Below are positions 29,688 through 38,707 of a stretch of DNA of 64,000 nt, piece by piece. Made by a program: the position numbers and the translations under genes. The stretch covers positions 64,001 to 128,000 of IMG/VR virus record IMGVR_UViG_3300032216_001891; one strand, written 5' to 3'. This DNA comes from a virus. Taxonomy: Duplodnaviria > Caudoviricetes. The stretch's first letter is position 1, and every line of letters starts with the position of its first letter. Under the pieces are notes generated by a model. It had not been told where the DNA came from, ran no database searches, and saw nothing but the letters and a program-made list of their open reading frames with translations.

Positions 29688-30189
29688 GTTTATGTTGTCG
29701 TTTAAAAATTGGTGTATATTTTACCAGTGTGGATCGAAAATCGGCAGCTACTTCTGCCCTAACAGGAACAAATCCTGCCAAGAAGGTTTTAAGTTCCATT
29801 CTAGTATCTATTTTAAATGAACCACGAACATGTGTCAAGTAAACACTATCCAAAATATTAACACAGCCAGCAATCAATTCGGGACCGCCTGCCAGCCATA
29901 TGATCCTGGTGGGGTTTTCCTGTTCCAACTTGAGCACAGCCTCACAGATATCTCCTGCCACAGTGCCCGCGGTGTTGATGTGGTGATGTGTGGCCACATA
30001 CACCATACGTCCCACAAAAGGTTTAGGTATCACAGGATCGTCCCAAGTGTGTCGTCCCATCACCACCACGTGGTTTTGGGTCAGTCGTGTGAACGAGTCA
30101 AGATTGTGTGTGGTGTTGGGCCATGGTCTAGTGCCATTGACGCCCATGCCGCCATAGTAATCCGCGGCAAATAGTGCATTGATAGTCAT
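29677..30189 (-). CDS. Dihydrofolate reductase-like protein (divergent)
   Basis: GMGVNGTRPW, VVMGRHTW, WLAGG; catalytic Asp appears replaced by Asn. Confidence 0.8.
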   Translation of the reverse strand: MTINALFAADYYGGMGVNGTRPWPNTTHNLDSFTRLTQNHVVVMGRHTWDDPVIPKPFVGRMVYVATHHHINTAGTVAGDICEAVLKLEQENPTRIIWLAGGPELIAGCVNILDSVYLTHVRGSFKIDTRMELKTFLAGFVPVRAEVAADFRSTLVKYTPIFKRQHKHAS

Positions 30190-30192
30190 TGA

Positions 30193-30543
30193 TTATAAAT
30201 TTTTAAGTAAGTTGTCAGTGATGGGTTGTACTGCTTGAGCAACATGATCTACACTGATGAAAAAGTCGACATTTTTTATAATGTCTTCCAAGGATTCTAG
30301 TCGCTCGTTGATGCGTTGTTCTAAATCTTCTGGTGCCGCACCCTCGGCCAGTAGTTCTTGTATGTCAATATCTACTTGGGTGCCGTCTATTAGGTTAACA
30401 GTGATTGCACGGAGTACAGATACTGGAGCCTGAGCTTTTTCAACTTCGGCCAGTATCTGTCGCCATTTGTCACGTTGTGTAATAGTTAATTTAAGCCGTT
30501 TGTTTTTTCGCGGGAGCTTTTTTGGCTTTGGTTGGTTTGACAT
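30193..30543 (-). CDS. Hypothetical protein
   Basis: ORF in operon; start uncertain. Confidence 0.6.
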   Translation of the reverse strand: MSNQPKPKKLPRKNKRLKLTITQRDKWRQILAEVEKAQAPVSVLRAITVNLIDGTQVDIDIQELLAEGAAPEDLEQRINERLESLEDIIKNVDFFISVDHVAQAVQPITDNLLKNL

Positions 30544-31171
30544 TGTTTACGGGTGTAGTGAATTCAGCAGCTTCAAGTTCTAATCTCTCTGCTTCTTTTA
30601 ATAAAGTCTGTGCGTCTAATTTCATTTTAGCGGCTTGAGCAATTCTTTGACTTGCAATCTGCTCGTCAGTTAGTACATCGCCAATAGTAGCTGTGCTGAC
30701 TGTGGCGGGCTGACTGCGACTTGCTGGGCTTACACCTACTTCTCTTGGTTCACGACGTCCGGTCATTCCGGCATTGGCATCTAAATCTGCCAATTTTTTA
30801 ATAGCTTCTTCACCTTGTGCCATTTCGTTTAGGATTTTGTTTAATTCGTCTAAACGAACTGTGCTCTTGGCATTGGGAGTGATAATGACTTGATTGGTGT
30901 TGACTTTCTTTAAAAGCCCTTGGGTATGCAGAGCTTCTAGACAGTTACGTCCATCAGCCAATACATGACGGAATAATGCATCGGCCAATTCTGTACTGTT
31001 TTGTCCCACTGGACTTTCCAACACTTTCATTACATCATCGTGAATCATCTGTGGCAATGTGTCGCTGTAAATCACCAGGCACATGTGATCATCGCCAGGA
31101 ATCTGACGATATGCTAGTACAATTCTTTTTCCATTGTGTTTACCAATGTGCTTGAGTACGCCTTGTGCCAT
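30491..31171 (-). CDS. Hypothetical phage protein with coiled-coil, Lys-rich C-terminus
   Basis: GGAG RBS, 226 aa. Confidence 0.7.
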   Translation of the reverse strand: MAQGVLKHIGKHNGKRIVLAYRQIPGDDHMCLVIYSDTLPQMIHDDVMKVLESPVGQNSTELADALFRHVLADGRNCLEALHTQGLLKKVNTNQVIITPNAKSTVRLDELNKILNEMAQGEEAIKKLADLDANAGMTGRREPREVGVSPASRSQPATVSTATIGDVLTDEQIASQRIAQAAKMKLDAQTLLKEAERLELEAAEFTTPVNNVKPTKAKKAPAKKQTA

Positions 31172-31173
31172 GA

Positions 31174-31413
31174 TTATTCTCCTTGTGGTTGGTCAGCTGT
31201 ATCTGCTGGGGGTGTTGCACCAACGCCTTGAGCTTGTAAAAATGCAGATAACCGATCATGTAAACCGCCGACTACGGCCATTTCGTCTGCACGTATAGCA
31301 CCGCGTTGTGCTGTTACTTGAATAGTTTGTAAAGCCAGGCTAAGATCGCTTAGTGTCAACTGCGGTGCAGGTGCGTTCTCTGGGGCTTGTGGTTGTTGTA
31401 ATTCGTCTGACAT
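31174..31413 (-). CDS. Small hypothetical protein
   Basis: GGAG RBS; TTAAATA motif upstream. Confidence 0.7.
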   Translation of the reverse strand: MSDELQQPQAPENAPAPQLTLSDLSLALQTIQVTAQRGAIRADEMAVVGGLHDRLSAFLQAQGVGATPPADTADQPQGE

Positions 31414-31479
31414 GTTTTTCTCCGTTTAAATAATTAACTACAGTTATTTAACCAGGTCAGTATGCCACGGAAAAATTTT

Positions 31480-31770
31480 TTAGAACGGGCGTTGGTCGTG
31501 GTTAACAGTGGACAACACCAATGCAAAGTAACTGGCCTCTCCGGCAGTTTCAAAGGCGGCTCTTTTTGAAAAACCCACGCCCAAGGTGACTTCTTTTGGC
31601 AGTACATCTCCAAAGTAAAATCTACCATCAAGATTTGCCCAAATCCAGTCTGTGATGTCTTTGTCATCCACCAAGCACTCGAAATCCACTGGTGTAAAGT
31701 GTGGCGGACAGTGGGCCAACTGTCGTAGCCCAAACACTGCCAGGGGATTGGCATCGTTGAGTTTAAGCAA
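31480..31770 (-). CDS. Hypothetical protein
   Basis: ANPLAVFGLR...FETAGEASYF; probable TTG start. Confidence 0.55.
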   Translation of the reverse strand: MLKLNDANPLAVFGLRQLAHCPPHFTPVDFECLVDDKDITDWIWANLDGRFYFGDVLPKEVTLGVGFSKRAAFETAGEASYFALVLSTVNHDQRPF

Positions 31771-32116
31771 TTCCCGCGGCCTTTTTCGCACGTTCAGTGA
31801 TGGCTTGATTCAAGCGTTCTTGTGTAACATCACTGACTTCACCAGTGACCACAGTGATATTTGGTTCATCTGGTTGCGGATACTCCACTGTGATTTTATT
31901 CTTCAATGCTGAATCTGCATCCAATCTAAATCCACCAATGATGTGCCACTGTGACGATGCTTCGGCAATTTCTGTGGCTCTAACCAAATCTTCCAAACGC
32001 ATTTCCAATTCCATAATGCGAGCAATGGCCCGATCCATGTCCGCAGGTGCATTATGATGAATGGGTTTTCTGTCTGCAGGCAAATCTCGTTTATCAACTG
32101 CTGTGTTATCGCTCAT
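31763..32116 (-). CDS. Hypothetical protein
   Basis: ATGA-coupled ORF. Confidence 0.6.
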   Translation of the reverse strand: MSDNTAVDKRDLPADRKPIHHNAPADMDRAIARIMELEMRLEDLVRATEIAEASSQWHIIGGFRLDADSALKNKITVEYPQPDEPNITVVTGEVSDVTQERLNQAITERAKKAAGIA

Positions 32117-32526
32117 GCTGTTCCTTGTGTTGTGTTTGATTCATGTGGGGGTAACGCCAATGCTTCAACTCCGCTTTTATACCAGGCAGTTAAGGGTTCA
32201 ACTCCCCGTGTTTGTTTTAATTTAATCATGTTGCCATTCATGAACAAGGCTTGGTATTCAATCCAAGCATCGTTCTGGTAACCACCTTTATCTTTATCTT
32301 CACGATAAAATCGTATCGCTCCATCGAATTCGTCGCACAATACCCAGCGTTCGTTAAATTTTCTTATTCCGCCGCCAAATAGGCCTTCTCCTTCTACCCA
32401 TTCACTGTCGTATTCTTCGTACCAAAGCTCACCGTTTTCGATTTTATAATTGTCCAATGCCTGCGCCGGAGTATCTTTGGTCTGATACTCGCGTCCTTCA
32501 AAATTTAAAAGATCAAACATGCCCAT
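32113..32526 (-). CDS. Hypothetical phage protein
   Basis: MGMFD...YQTKD motif; coupled. Confidence 0.65.
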   Translation of the reverse strand: MGMFDLLNFEGREYQTKDTPAQALDNYKIENGELWYEEYDSEWVEGEGLFGGGIRKFNERWVLCDEFDGAIRFYREDKDKGGYQNDAWIEYQALFMNGNMIKLKQTRGVEPLTAWYKSGVEALALPPHESNTTQGTA

Positions 32527-32924
32527 TATTTTGCCTGCAACGCCAATGTTCGATATCCCTGTGCCGTAGGATGCACTCCATCAGCAGACACCTGTGTGAT
32601 GTGCAACACTGTGTCGTGATGGTCATGGGCTACTTTTTTAACCAAGGACTGTATGTCGGCCTTGATGGCTGGCACTATCCAGTACACACGATGGGCCTGT
32701 GTTTGACTTCTAATCAGTCTCAGTTCCGCTTCGGTATTGATGCCTCGATAATCGTTGCTACCCAAACTGATGATCACAGTCTTGGCTTGGAAAGGCATTT
32801 TACTGATGTTTCGATTCACCCAGTCTCGGCTGTTGATGCCACTGCGAGCAATCACACTACATTGGGGTCGAGCCTGGTGTGTGCCCACTGCAATGCTATC
32901 GCCCAGGATCAAACATTCAATCAT
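32526..32924 (-). CDS. Minimal SGNH hydrolase
   Basis: GDSI, SLGSND, DGVHP. Confidence 0.85.
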   Translation of the reverse strand: MIECLILGDSIAVGTHQARPQCSVIARSGINSRDWVNRNISKMPFQAKTVIISLGSNDYRGINTEAELRLIRSQTQAHRVYWIVPAIKADIQSLVKKVAHDHHDTVLHITQVSADGVHPTAQGYRTLALQAK

Positions 32925-33097
32925 TTTGATTTTCCCTGCATGTGTAGTTGATGTAGTCTCAGTGCTTCGTCACTGAGATAAACATAGGTTGAAGGTGTAA
33001 AGTTTTTTACATGATCTGTTGGTATTTTAGGGTGTAGATTGTTGCGGTATGCATACATTCTATCGTGATATATTTGTGATAAAGATTCCATTTTCAT
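32921..33097 (-). CDS. Small hypothetical protein
   Basis: ATGA-coupled at both ends. Confidence 0.5.
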   Translation of the reverse strand: MKMESLSQIYHDRMYAYRNNLHPKIPTDHVKNFTPSTYVYLSDEALRLHQLHMQGKSK

Positions 33098-33327
33098 TGC
33101 TTTAGTGTCTCCCATATTAGTGTTGGATCGGTTCGCGGAACTGAGGCCACTGGCCGTATCCACTGTTGTTCAATGGCCAAGGCCACGACATCTGCATAAT
33201 ACCCGGGGCAGGTTTTGGCGATTTCAATTGCGGCACGTCCAGTCACCGCAACATCACCCTGCAGTTGGAAACTGACATCACCGGGACGCAGTTCCACCCA
33301 CGGAGTTTCTTGTACAGAGATGGTCAT
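33094..33327 (-). CDS. Small hypothetical protein
   Basis: ATGA-coupled; start MTISVQE. Confidence 0.55.
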   Translation of the reverse strand: MTISVQETPWVELRPGDVSFQLQGDVAVTGRAAIEIAKTCPGYYADVVALAIEQQWIRPVASVPRTDPTLIWETLKQ

Positions 33328-33713
33328 CGTGCATGTTCCTTGCAAGCAGTTTTGATCCAACCGCCCGGTTGACGTTGACCCGGGGCACCACAGGTTTCGC
33401 ACACTCGACCACTCATGCTTTCAGCAAACCATGTCATGCCACTGATCAAATCATCACCTCCGGTGTAGTAAAATCTCAAAGTACCAAACTTTTCCTTGAC
33501 CTGATCCACAACAACTTGTGGAATGGGCCTGTCGGGTCTGCTGTTGGCGTCAATATAGCCCTGTATGTTACTACACAGTTCGTCAATCAAATCAAACCAA
33601 CCGTCGCCACAGGAGAATCCCCACGACATGGCTGTAGTAGAGATGTCCGCATGTCGATTCGCAAACATCTTGGGATACCGTTGGCACAGCAGTGCGTCTA
33701 ATTCTTTGTTCAT
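33324..33713 (-). CDS. Conserved phage protein with C-terminal Zn ribbon
   Basis: CGDGW...QVKEKFGTLRFY...CETCG...TACKEH. Confidence 0.75.
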   Translation of the reverse strand: MNKELDALLCQRYPKMFANRHADISTTAMSWGFSCGDGWFDLIDELCSNIQGYIDANSRPDRPIPQVVVDQVKEKFGTLRFYYTGGDDLISGMTWFAESMSGRVCETCGAPGQRQPGGWIKTACKEHAR

Positions 33714-33913
33714 TCCGCCACTCCAAAATGTTGTTTAATTGCCTTACCAACACCAAGTGTAACACCTTCAACTTCTGAATTATAGTCGTCGGCAAATTCA
33801 GCACATTCATTAATAATCAACTCGGCGAACTTTTCAGCAAACTCATCATGCAGGGCATATCGATCGCCTACGAACTCGGCCTGTTCTTTAAGTTGTTTTA
33901 ATATTTCGTTCAT
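33710..33913 (-). CDS. Small hypothetical phage protein
   Basis: EKFAELIINEC...IKQHFGV pattern. Confidence 0.65.
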   Translation of the reverse strand: MNEILKQLKEQAEFVGDRYALHDEFAEKFAELIINECAEFADDYNSEVEGVTLGVGKAIKQHFGVAE

Positions 33914-34212
33914 TACCAATCTCCTGACGAACCACCGCCAAAATCTCCACCACCGCCGGAGTAATCGGATGAACTAGATGAACCAGAATCACTGCCAGTG
34001 GACGAGTCGGATCCAATGTCGGTATAGTAAACTGTGTTGGAACTATACTGAGAACCACTGGGTGTAGTCTTATTTTTGTTGTTTGTTTGCGAGCTTTGAA
34101 CACTGGCCGCCCGTGCCGCTTGTTCACTTATAGCTCGTGTTATTAAACATACTTGACAAATCATCGTGCCCGCAAGCATCCAATCACCGCAAGTTTTACA
34201 TTTCGTATTCAT
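33913..34212 (-). CDS. Zn-ribbon protein with Ser/Gly-rich tail ending GGGSSGDW
   Basis: CKTC...CQVC; TAATG coupling. Confidence 0.6.
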   Translation of the reverse strand: MNTKCKTCGDWMLAGTMICQVCLITRAISEQAARAASVQSSQTNNKNKTTPSGSQYSSNTVYYTDIGSDSSTGSDSGSSSSSDYSGGGGDFGGGSSGDW

Positions 34213-35453
34213 TATTCCGCCTCTTCGTAGTGTACACCAACGCCAAACTCGGGCTCTGCTGAAGGATTGCCCTTGATAATCCATACTGTGTCGCAGTAGT
34301 TTTCAACCTCTTGCGGTCTCCATCCACCAAAGCAATAGTCAGTAAACATGATCAACTTCTTGGGTTCAATGCCCTGTTCAATCAAATACTCCCACACACA
34401 ATGCGGATCTGTACCGCCGCCACCTTGCGGGTCAAAACTGGTGATGTCTTCTAAATTATCACTGGTGAATTCACCAACACCGCCGATAGCAGTATCCCAA
34501 CCCAGCACAGTGATTTTGTATTCACTGTAGGCTTCCATGATGCCTTTGATCTCACTGAAGAATATCTTTAATTCTGCGGCTCCGATACTGCCCGAAGTGT
34601 CAATGCCAACCACTACATCAATCTGTTCGCCCGGCTTCATACCTGGCAGTATAGCATCCATGCCCCAGCCCTTGCGATTCATTCTACCAAAAGTGTAGTC
34701 CTGTTTAATAGTGCTTTGAATCTGTTGCTGAATCAATTCCTGCCAAGAAATTCTCGGCTCAGTTAAATCTTTAATTAGACGTTTGACACCGCCGGGCACA
34801 TTGCCTACACCTGCGGACTGTGCCGCTTGCAACACAGCATCCTTGATTTCATCACGTATGGCTTGACGCTCACCAGCAGATAATTTTGGACGGTTGCCTT
34901 TGCTTTTGCCTTCACCGTCCTCACCTTCACCATCATCGCCATCCAAGTGTTCGTCCAACATCTGTTTCAACAAAGACTCAATGTCAATCTTGTCGGCATT
35001 TTTGTACAAGTCGTCGTACACTTCTTCGGCACTCATGCCGCGATACTTGTTGTTGTACAAACCAATGGGAATACGTTCTCCGATACGCTGTTCTTCTAAA
35101 TCAGCATTGACGCAGTAGTCATCGGCAATGTTCCACAATTTAGGATCTCTGCTGTCTCTACGTCCCATGTGATCATACACTACATGCAACACTTCATGTC
35201 CAACTAAGAATTCCACCTGCTTGAGTGGCATTTTATTGACAAACTCGCTGTTGTAGTACAATCTTCTACCGTCAGTTGCGGCAGTGGCACACCAAGCATC
35301 GGCATTCACCAATTGCATACGTGTGGCTAGATTACCAAAGAACGGAGCCTTGAGCAGTAAACCAATACGTGCAGTGATGAACTTTTCACGTGCCGCCTCA
35401 TCAATTCTTGGATCAGTCACTGTCACGGGCTTGTTTAATTGTTCTGTAGTCAT
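34212..35453 (-). CDS. Metallopeptidase-like plus VWA domain protein (DUF2201-like)
   Basis: TAATDG, HEVLH (HExxH), DTSGS MIDAS, GGGTD. Confidence 0.9.
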   Translation of the reverse strand: MTTEQLNKPVTVTDPRIDEAAREKFITARIGLLLKAPFFGNLATRMQLVNADAWCATAATDGRRLYYNSEFVNKMPLKQVEFLVGHEVLHVVYDHMGRRDSRDPKLWNIADDYCVNADLEEQRIGERIPIGLYNNKYRGMSAEEVYDDLYKNADKIDIESLLKQMLDEHLDGDDGEGEDGEGKSKGNRPKLSAGERQAIRDEIKDAVLQAAQSAGVGNVPGGVKRLIKDLTEPRISWQELIQQQIQSTIKQDYTFGRMNRKGWGMDAILPGMKPGEQIDVVVGIDTSGSIGAAELKIFFSEIKGIMEAYSEYKITVLGWDTAIGGVGEFTSDNLEDITSFDPQGGGGTDPHCVWEYLIEQGIEPKKLIMFTDYCFGGWRPQEVENYCDTVWIIKGNPSAEPEFGVGVHYEEAE

Positions 35454-35479
35454 ATCTCAATTCCTTATTCTATACTAGT

Positions 35480-35523
35480 ATTATACTACTTTTCAATTCT
35501 CAATGTGTTGTATTTACACTACA
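35480..35523 (-). promoter_or_regulatory. Promoter with -10 box and dyad centred at -41.5, no -35 box
   Basis: TATAAT 35480-35485; TGTTGT-ATTTAC-ACTACA 35506-35523 (+ strand). Confidence 0.6.
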
Positions 35524-35582
35524 AATAAATTGGAGGGCTTACGGCCATTTCTACCTGCCTCCGGCTCAGAGACTAGCTGATC

Positions 35583-36683
35583 TTACTTACCACTTGCGGC
35601 AATGATGTACTTGCCAAATCTCTTGTGGAACTCGTTGAAGTTAGGCATCTTGCCCGGTACCATGGGTAAATTGTATGTGGTCAACGCAACTCTAGCACCC
35701 ATAACAACAACTTCAGTGGTAAAGTTATCCATCATAAACTTTAGGAAACGGTCAGCTTCAACGTGCCAGTCTGCCAAATTTGTACCACCGGACTTCTTAA
35801 ATCTTTCCTGTAATTCATAGCACAGGCTAATGGTCAAGCTGTACATGGCTGAAATTTCTTTATTCTTTAACTCGGTTACTTTACCACTTAAAATATCTTC
35901 GGGACGTGGCATAGAACCTGAAACCTTGCGATGTGCCATGAACTTGAGAGCCAAGCCTTCGCCCACAGTACCTGCAATTAAATCTGTAAGTTCAGCATCA
36001 GTAGCATCTTCATCCTCCAAGAACTGACTGACAAAGTGCCACGATCTTGGTGTAGCAAATGCACGACTCGAGCTCTTTGGATCAAAGTCAAACAAGTCCT
36101 GCTTGGCAAAGGTCAAGTAACCCACTACATCATTGTGCTCGTTGTTTTTAACTGCCCAAGCAAACCATGAATCAAAGTCCTTACGCATTTCCAAATGCAC
36201 AAAACGATTGGCAAGCGGAGTAGGCATACGGTATGTGACACCTTTGTCGCTTTCTTTATTACCTGCCGCCACCAATACTACATTTTTAGGCAAGGTATAA
36301 GTGCCCACACGACGGTTTAAAACCAGTTGATATGCAGTGGCCTGTACCGCTGGTGCCGCTGAATTCATCTCGTCCAAGAACAGCACTACAATGGGAAACT
36401 GGCTAGCAAACTCTTCCGTAGGCAAGTCAATTGGCGGAGCCCAATTCATAGTTTCTGTGTTCTTGTTAAAGAACGGAATACCACGAAGGTCTGTGGGTTC
36501 CATTTGACTCAGTCGCAAGTCAATCATATGTCCGCCCAATTCCGCAGTTAATTCTGCAATAATTTCGCTTTTACCAATACCGGGAGGGCCCCATAAAAAT
36601 ACTGGACGCTGGGCTTTGAAACAACGTAAAATTCTACTACGTGCCGCATCCGGGCTAACTGTTCTGTTCTCACTCACTGACAT
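35583..36683 (-). CDS. MoxR-like AAA+ ATPase
   Basis: GPPGIGKS, LFLDEMN, AAGN, LANRF. Confidence 0.92.
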   Translation of the reverse strand: MSVSENRTVSPDAARSRILRCFKAQRPVFLWGPPGIGKSEIIAELTAELGGHMIDLRLSQMEPTDLRGIPFFNKNTETMNWAPPIDLPTEEFASQFPIVVLFLDEMNSAAPAVQATAYQLVLNRRVGTYTLPKNVVLVAAGNKESDKGVTYRMPTPLANRFVHLEMRKDFDSWFAWAVKNNEHNDVVGYLTFAKQDLFDFDPKSSSRAFATPRSWHFVSQFLEDEDATDAELTDLIAGTVGEGLALKFMAHRKVSGSMPRPEDILSGKVTELKNKEISAMYSLTISLCYELQERFKKSGGTNLADWHVEADRFLKFMMDNFTTEVVVMGARVALTTYNLPMVPGKMPNFNEFHKRFGKYIIAASGK

Positions 36684-36714
36684 AATTGCTTTCCTTTTGT
36701 TAATTGTTACTGCT

Positions 36715-36759
36715 ATTATAAAATAAAATTAATTCTTGGTGTGTTGTTATTGTGCAACT
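36715..36759 (-). promoter_or_regulatory. Promoter with -10 box and dyad centred at -42.5
   Basis: TATAAT 36715-36720; TGTTGT-TATTGT-GCAACT 36742-36759. Confidence 0.6.
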
Positions 36760-37085
36760 GAATACGATTCTGCATCCAATCTAGCCGATAGCTCTGCTGC
36801 TTCTCTAGCACGTTCATCGGCCAACCATCGTGCATGCATGGCCGAGTCTTCGTCTGACTCTTCAATGACCCAGCCTGCGGCTCTAAGCTCTTCACGACCA
36901 GCAAATGTTGACTTCATGCGATCCATCTGATTGTGGATAGCATTGATGCTGGCCTCCAACCACTCACGACTACGCCATTGTTCTGGAGTAGCATAACGTG
37001 GACGAAAACCAAAGAAATCCTTGTGAAAATCGCTGAAATAACCTTGTAATTCTTCTACTGAGTATTGGGCTAACGAGTTTTGCAT
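36747..37085 (-). CDS. Early hypothetical protein
   Basis: SDFHKDFFGFRPR motif; own promoter and AGGAG RBS. Confidence 0.75.
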   Translation of the reverse strand: MQNSLAQYSVEELQGYFSDFHKDFFGFRPRYATPEQWRSREWLEASINAIHNQMDRMKSTFAGREELRAAGWVIEESDEDSAMHARWLADERAREAAELSARLDAESYSVAQ

Positions 37086-37114
37086 AACAGCTCCTGTTGT
37101 TTAACTATACTAAT

Positions 37115-37148
37115 ATTATAACAAATTGGGAATTCTGGGTCAACCAAA
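37115..37148 (-). promoter_or_regulatory. Early sigma70 promoter, copy 1
   Basis: TTGACC-17-TATAAT; shared GAATTCTGGGTCAACCAAA 19-mer. Confidence 0.85.
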
Positions 37149-37418
37149 CTACTGATCTTGAAAGTATACTGTAAATGCTCTAGCATCGGCCTTGTGAGTG
37201 TCCCTTTGCTGAGCATGCGGTCCACGATAACGAATTCTAACTCGATATCCCAACTGCTGTAGTCCCGTTTTTACAGCCGTATAATGCTCAATCGGAACCA
37301 TACGCAGGTCAGGGTTGGTTCTTGTTAATTCGTATAGTTCCTCAAATCCAGCAACAAAACTTTGAGTTATAAGATTTGTTGCTGGTACTTGTGTATTCTC
37401 GGGACGATAAGTGTACAT
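37149..37418 (-). CDS. Early hypothetical protein
   Basis: RIRYRGP motif; directly follows upstream gene. Confidence 0.65.
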   Translation of the reverse strand: MYTYRPENTQVPATNLITQSFVAGFEELYELTRTNPDLRMVPIEHYTAVKTGLQQLGYRVRIRYRGPHAQQRDTHKADARAFTVYFQDQ

Positions 37419-37419
37419 G

Positions 37420-37884
37420 TTAGTTGGCCTCGTACACCGCTTTCAACTGCTTCATAAATTCAGCACGTAACTTGCCTGCTTCTTTTGGGCTGATTGTGTC
37501 TTTTTCGTACTTGACTTGACGATTGGTACCTGGGATTGTCTTGTAAACAAAGTCGCCAGCCTCTGCAACTTTAACAGTGTTTTTATGCACAGCAACTGTC
37601 TTGGGCTTTTTAACTGTTTTAGGCTTAGCAACCGTGCTTTCATCTTTGATCAAACTTTTTAGCAATGCTGTTGCTTCGACTGCATCAACTGTCCAACGAT
37701 CTAAGTTAGCAAGTACAAACTTAACAGTGTCATTTTTAGTCATTGTAGTGGGCAACATACGCATGTTGATGTCAGTGTCACCATATTTAAATAGCATTTG
37801 AGCACGACCGGGGTCATTAGCAGTTCTAAACTTTAAAACACCCTCGGTACGACTAAAACCTGCAAATGTAAATGTATTCATCAA
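37420..37884 (-). CDS. Early hypothetical Lys-rich protein
   Basis: FTFAGFSR...KFRTAND; AGGAG RBS. Confidence 0.7.
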   Translation of the reverse strand: MMNTFTFAGFSRTEGVLKFRTANDPGRAQMLFKYGDTDINMRMLPTTMTKNDTVKFVLANLDRWTVDAVEATALLKSLIKDESTVAKPKTVKKPKTVAVHKNTVKVAEAGDFVYKTIPGTNRQVKYEKDTISPKEAGKLRAEFMKQLKAVYEAN

Positions 37885-37912
37885 CTGCTCCTTAAAATTT
37901 AACTATACATAT

Positions 37913-37946
37913 ATTATAGCAAACCCAGAATTCTGGGTCAACCAAA
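37913..37946 (-). promoter_or_regulatory. Early sigma70 promoter, copy 2, containing a perfect 16-bp palindrome
   Basis: TTGACC-17-TATAAT; ACCCAGAATTCTGGGT at 37923-37938. Confidence 0.85.
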
Positions 37947-38081
37947 ATGCTCACGATTTTGATGCTTTTCTTGACGCTTGAAACGTGTTTTCAACTCCAC
38001 TGTACGGCTACGAAAAGGGCTGTTGTTCATAAACAACACTCGATGAGCACGGGTTTTTTGGGGTTTTTGTTTAATTTTCAT
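37938..38081 (-). CDS. 47-aa basic protein, ArfA-like
   Basis: MKIKQKPQKTRAHRVLFMNNSPFRSRTVELKTRFKRQEKHQNREHFG; near-leaderless behind promoter copy 3. Confidence 0.55.
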   Translation of the reverse strand: MKIKQKPQKTRAHRVLFMNNSPFRSRTVELKTRFKRQEKHQNREHFG

Positions 38082-38090
38082 AATACAGTT

Positions 38091-38124
38091 ATTATACGGT
38101 ATTGCGAATTCTGGGTCAACCAAA
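38091..38124 (-). promoter_or_regulatory. Early sigma70 promoter, copy 3
   Basis: TTGACC-17-TATAAT; shared 19-mer. Confidence 0.85.
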
Positions 38125-38126
38125 AG

Positions 38127-38152
38127 AAAAAGCCCCAAAACGGGGCTTTTTT
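38127..38152. terminator. Intrinsic terminator, probably bidirectional
   Basis: AAAAAGCCCC-AAAAC-GGGGCTTTTTT downstream of the peroxiredoxin gene. Confidence 0.85.
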
Positions 38153-38176
38153 CAGTGTTGTTTTTGTGCAACAGAT

Positions 38177-38707
38177 TTAGGCAGTGAGATACTGCATGAC
38201 ATTTTCTGGACTGCTTTCCTGATAAGGATCACTGCCAAAATTGTCTTCACGTCCCGGTTCTTCAAACATTTTTTCCACCACCCCATCATTGATGATGGCG
38301 GCATAGCGATGACTGCGAGCACCAAACCCAATGGCAGACTTTGATACCAGCATGCCCATGAGTCTTGTGAAATCTCCATTGCCGTCGGGTATCATTTTGA
38401 CATTTTTGATACCTAAACTTCTAGCCCATTCGTTCATGACAAACGCATCGTTTACACTGATGCAATAGATTTCGTCAATGCCAAGATCTTTAAAACTGTT
38501 GTACTGCTCTTCAAATCCCGGCAATTGATATGAGGAACAAGTGGGAGTAAATGCTCCCGGCAAGCTGAACAAAATCACTCGCTTTTTACCGAACAGATCC
38601 CGGGCGGATTTGAATACAAATTCTCCTCCAATAGGACAACCGCCCGATTCAGGCGCTTCGTCACCTTGACGAAAAGCAAATGTTACATTTGGAATACATT
38701 GAGTCAT
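38177..38707 (-). CDS. Peroxiredoxin (Prx5/redoxin family)
   Basis: SLPGAFTPTCS, SVNDAFVM, PDGNG. Confidence 0.95.
   Translation of the reverse strand: MTQCIPNVTFAFRQGDEAPESGGCPIGGEFVFKSARDLFGKKRVILFSLPGAFTPTCSSYQLPGFEEQYNSFKDLGIDEIYCISVNDAFVMNEWARSLGIKNVKMIPDGNGDFTRLMGMLVSKSAIGFGARSHRYAAIINDGVVEKMFEEPGREDNFGSDPYQESSPENVMQYLTA

Noticed and set aside
35532-35562. GGAGGGC...GCCTCC possible terminator between the MoxR and VWA genes
   Set aside because: Imperfect stem, long loop and weak U-tract; not enough support
37115-38124. Repeated 19-mer as a mini-CRISPR or att site
   Set aside because: Spacing is irregular (798 and 178 bp) and each copy is exactly the -35 half of a sigma70 promoter
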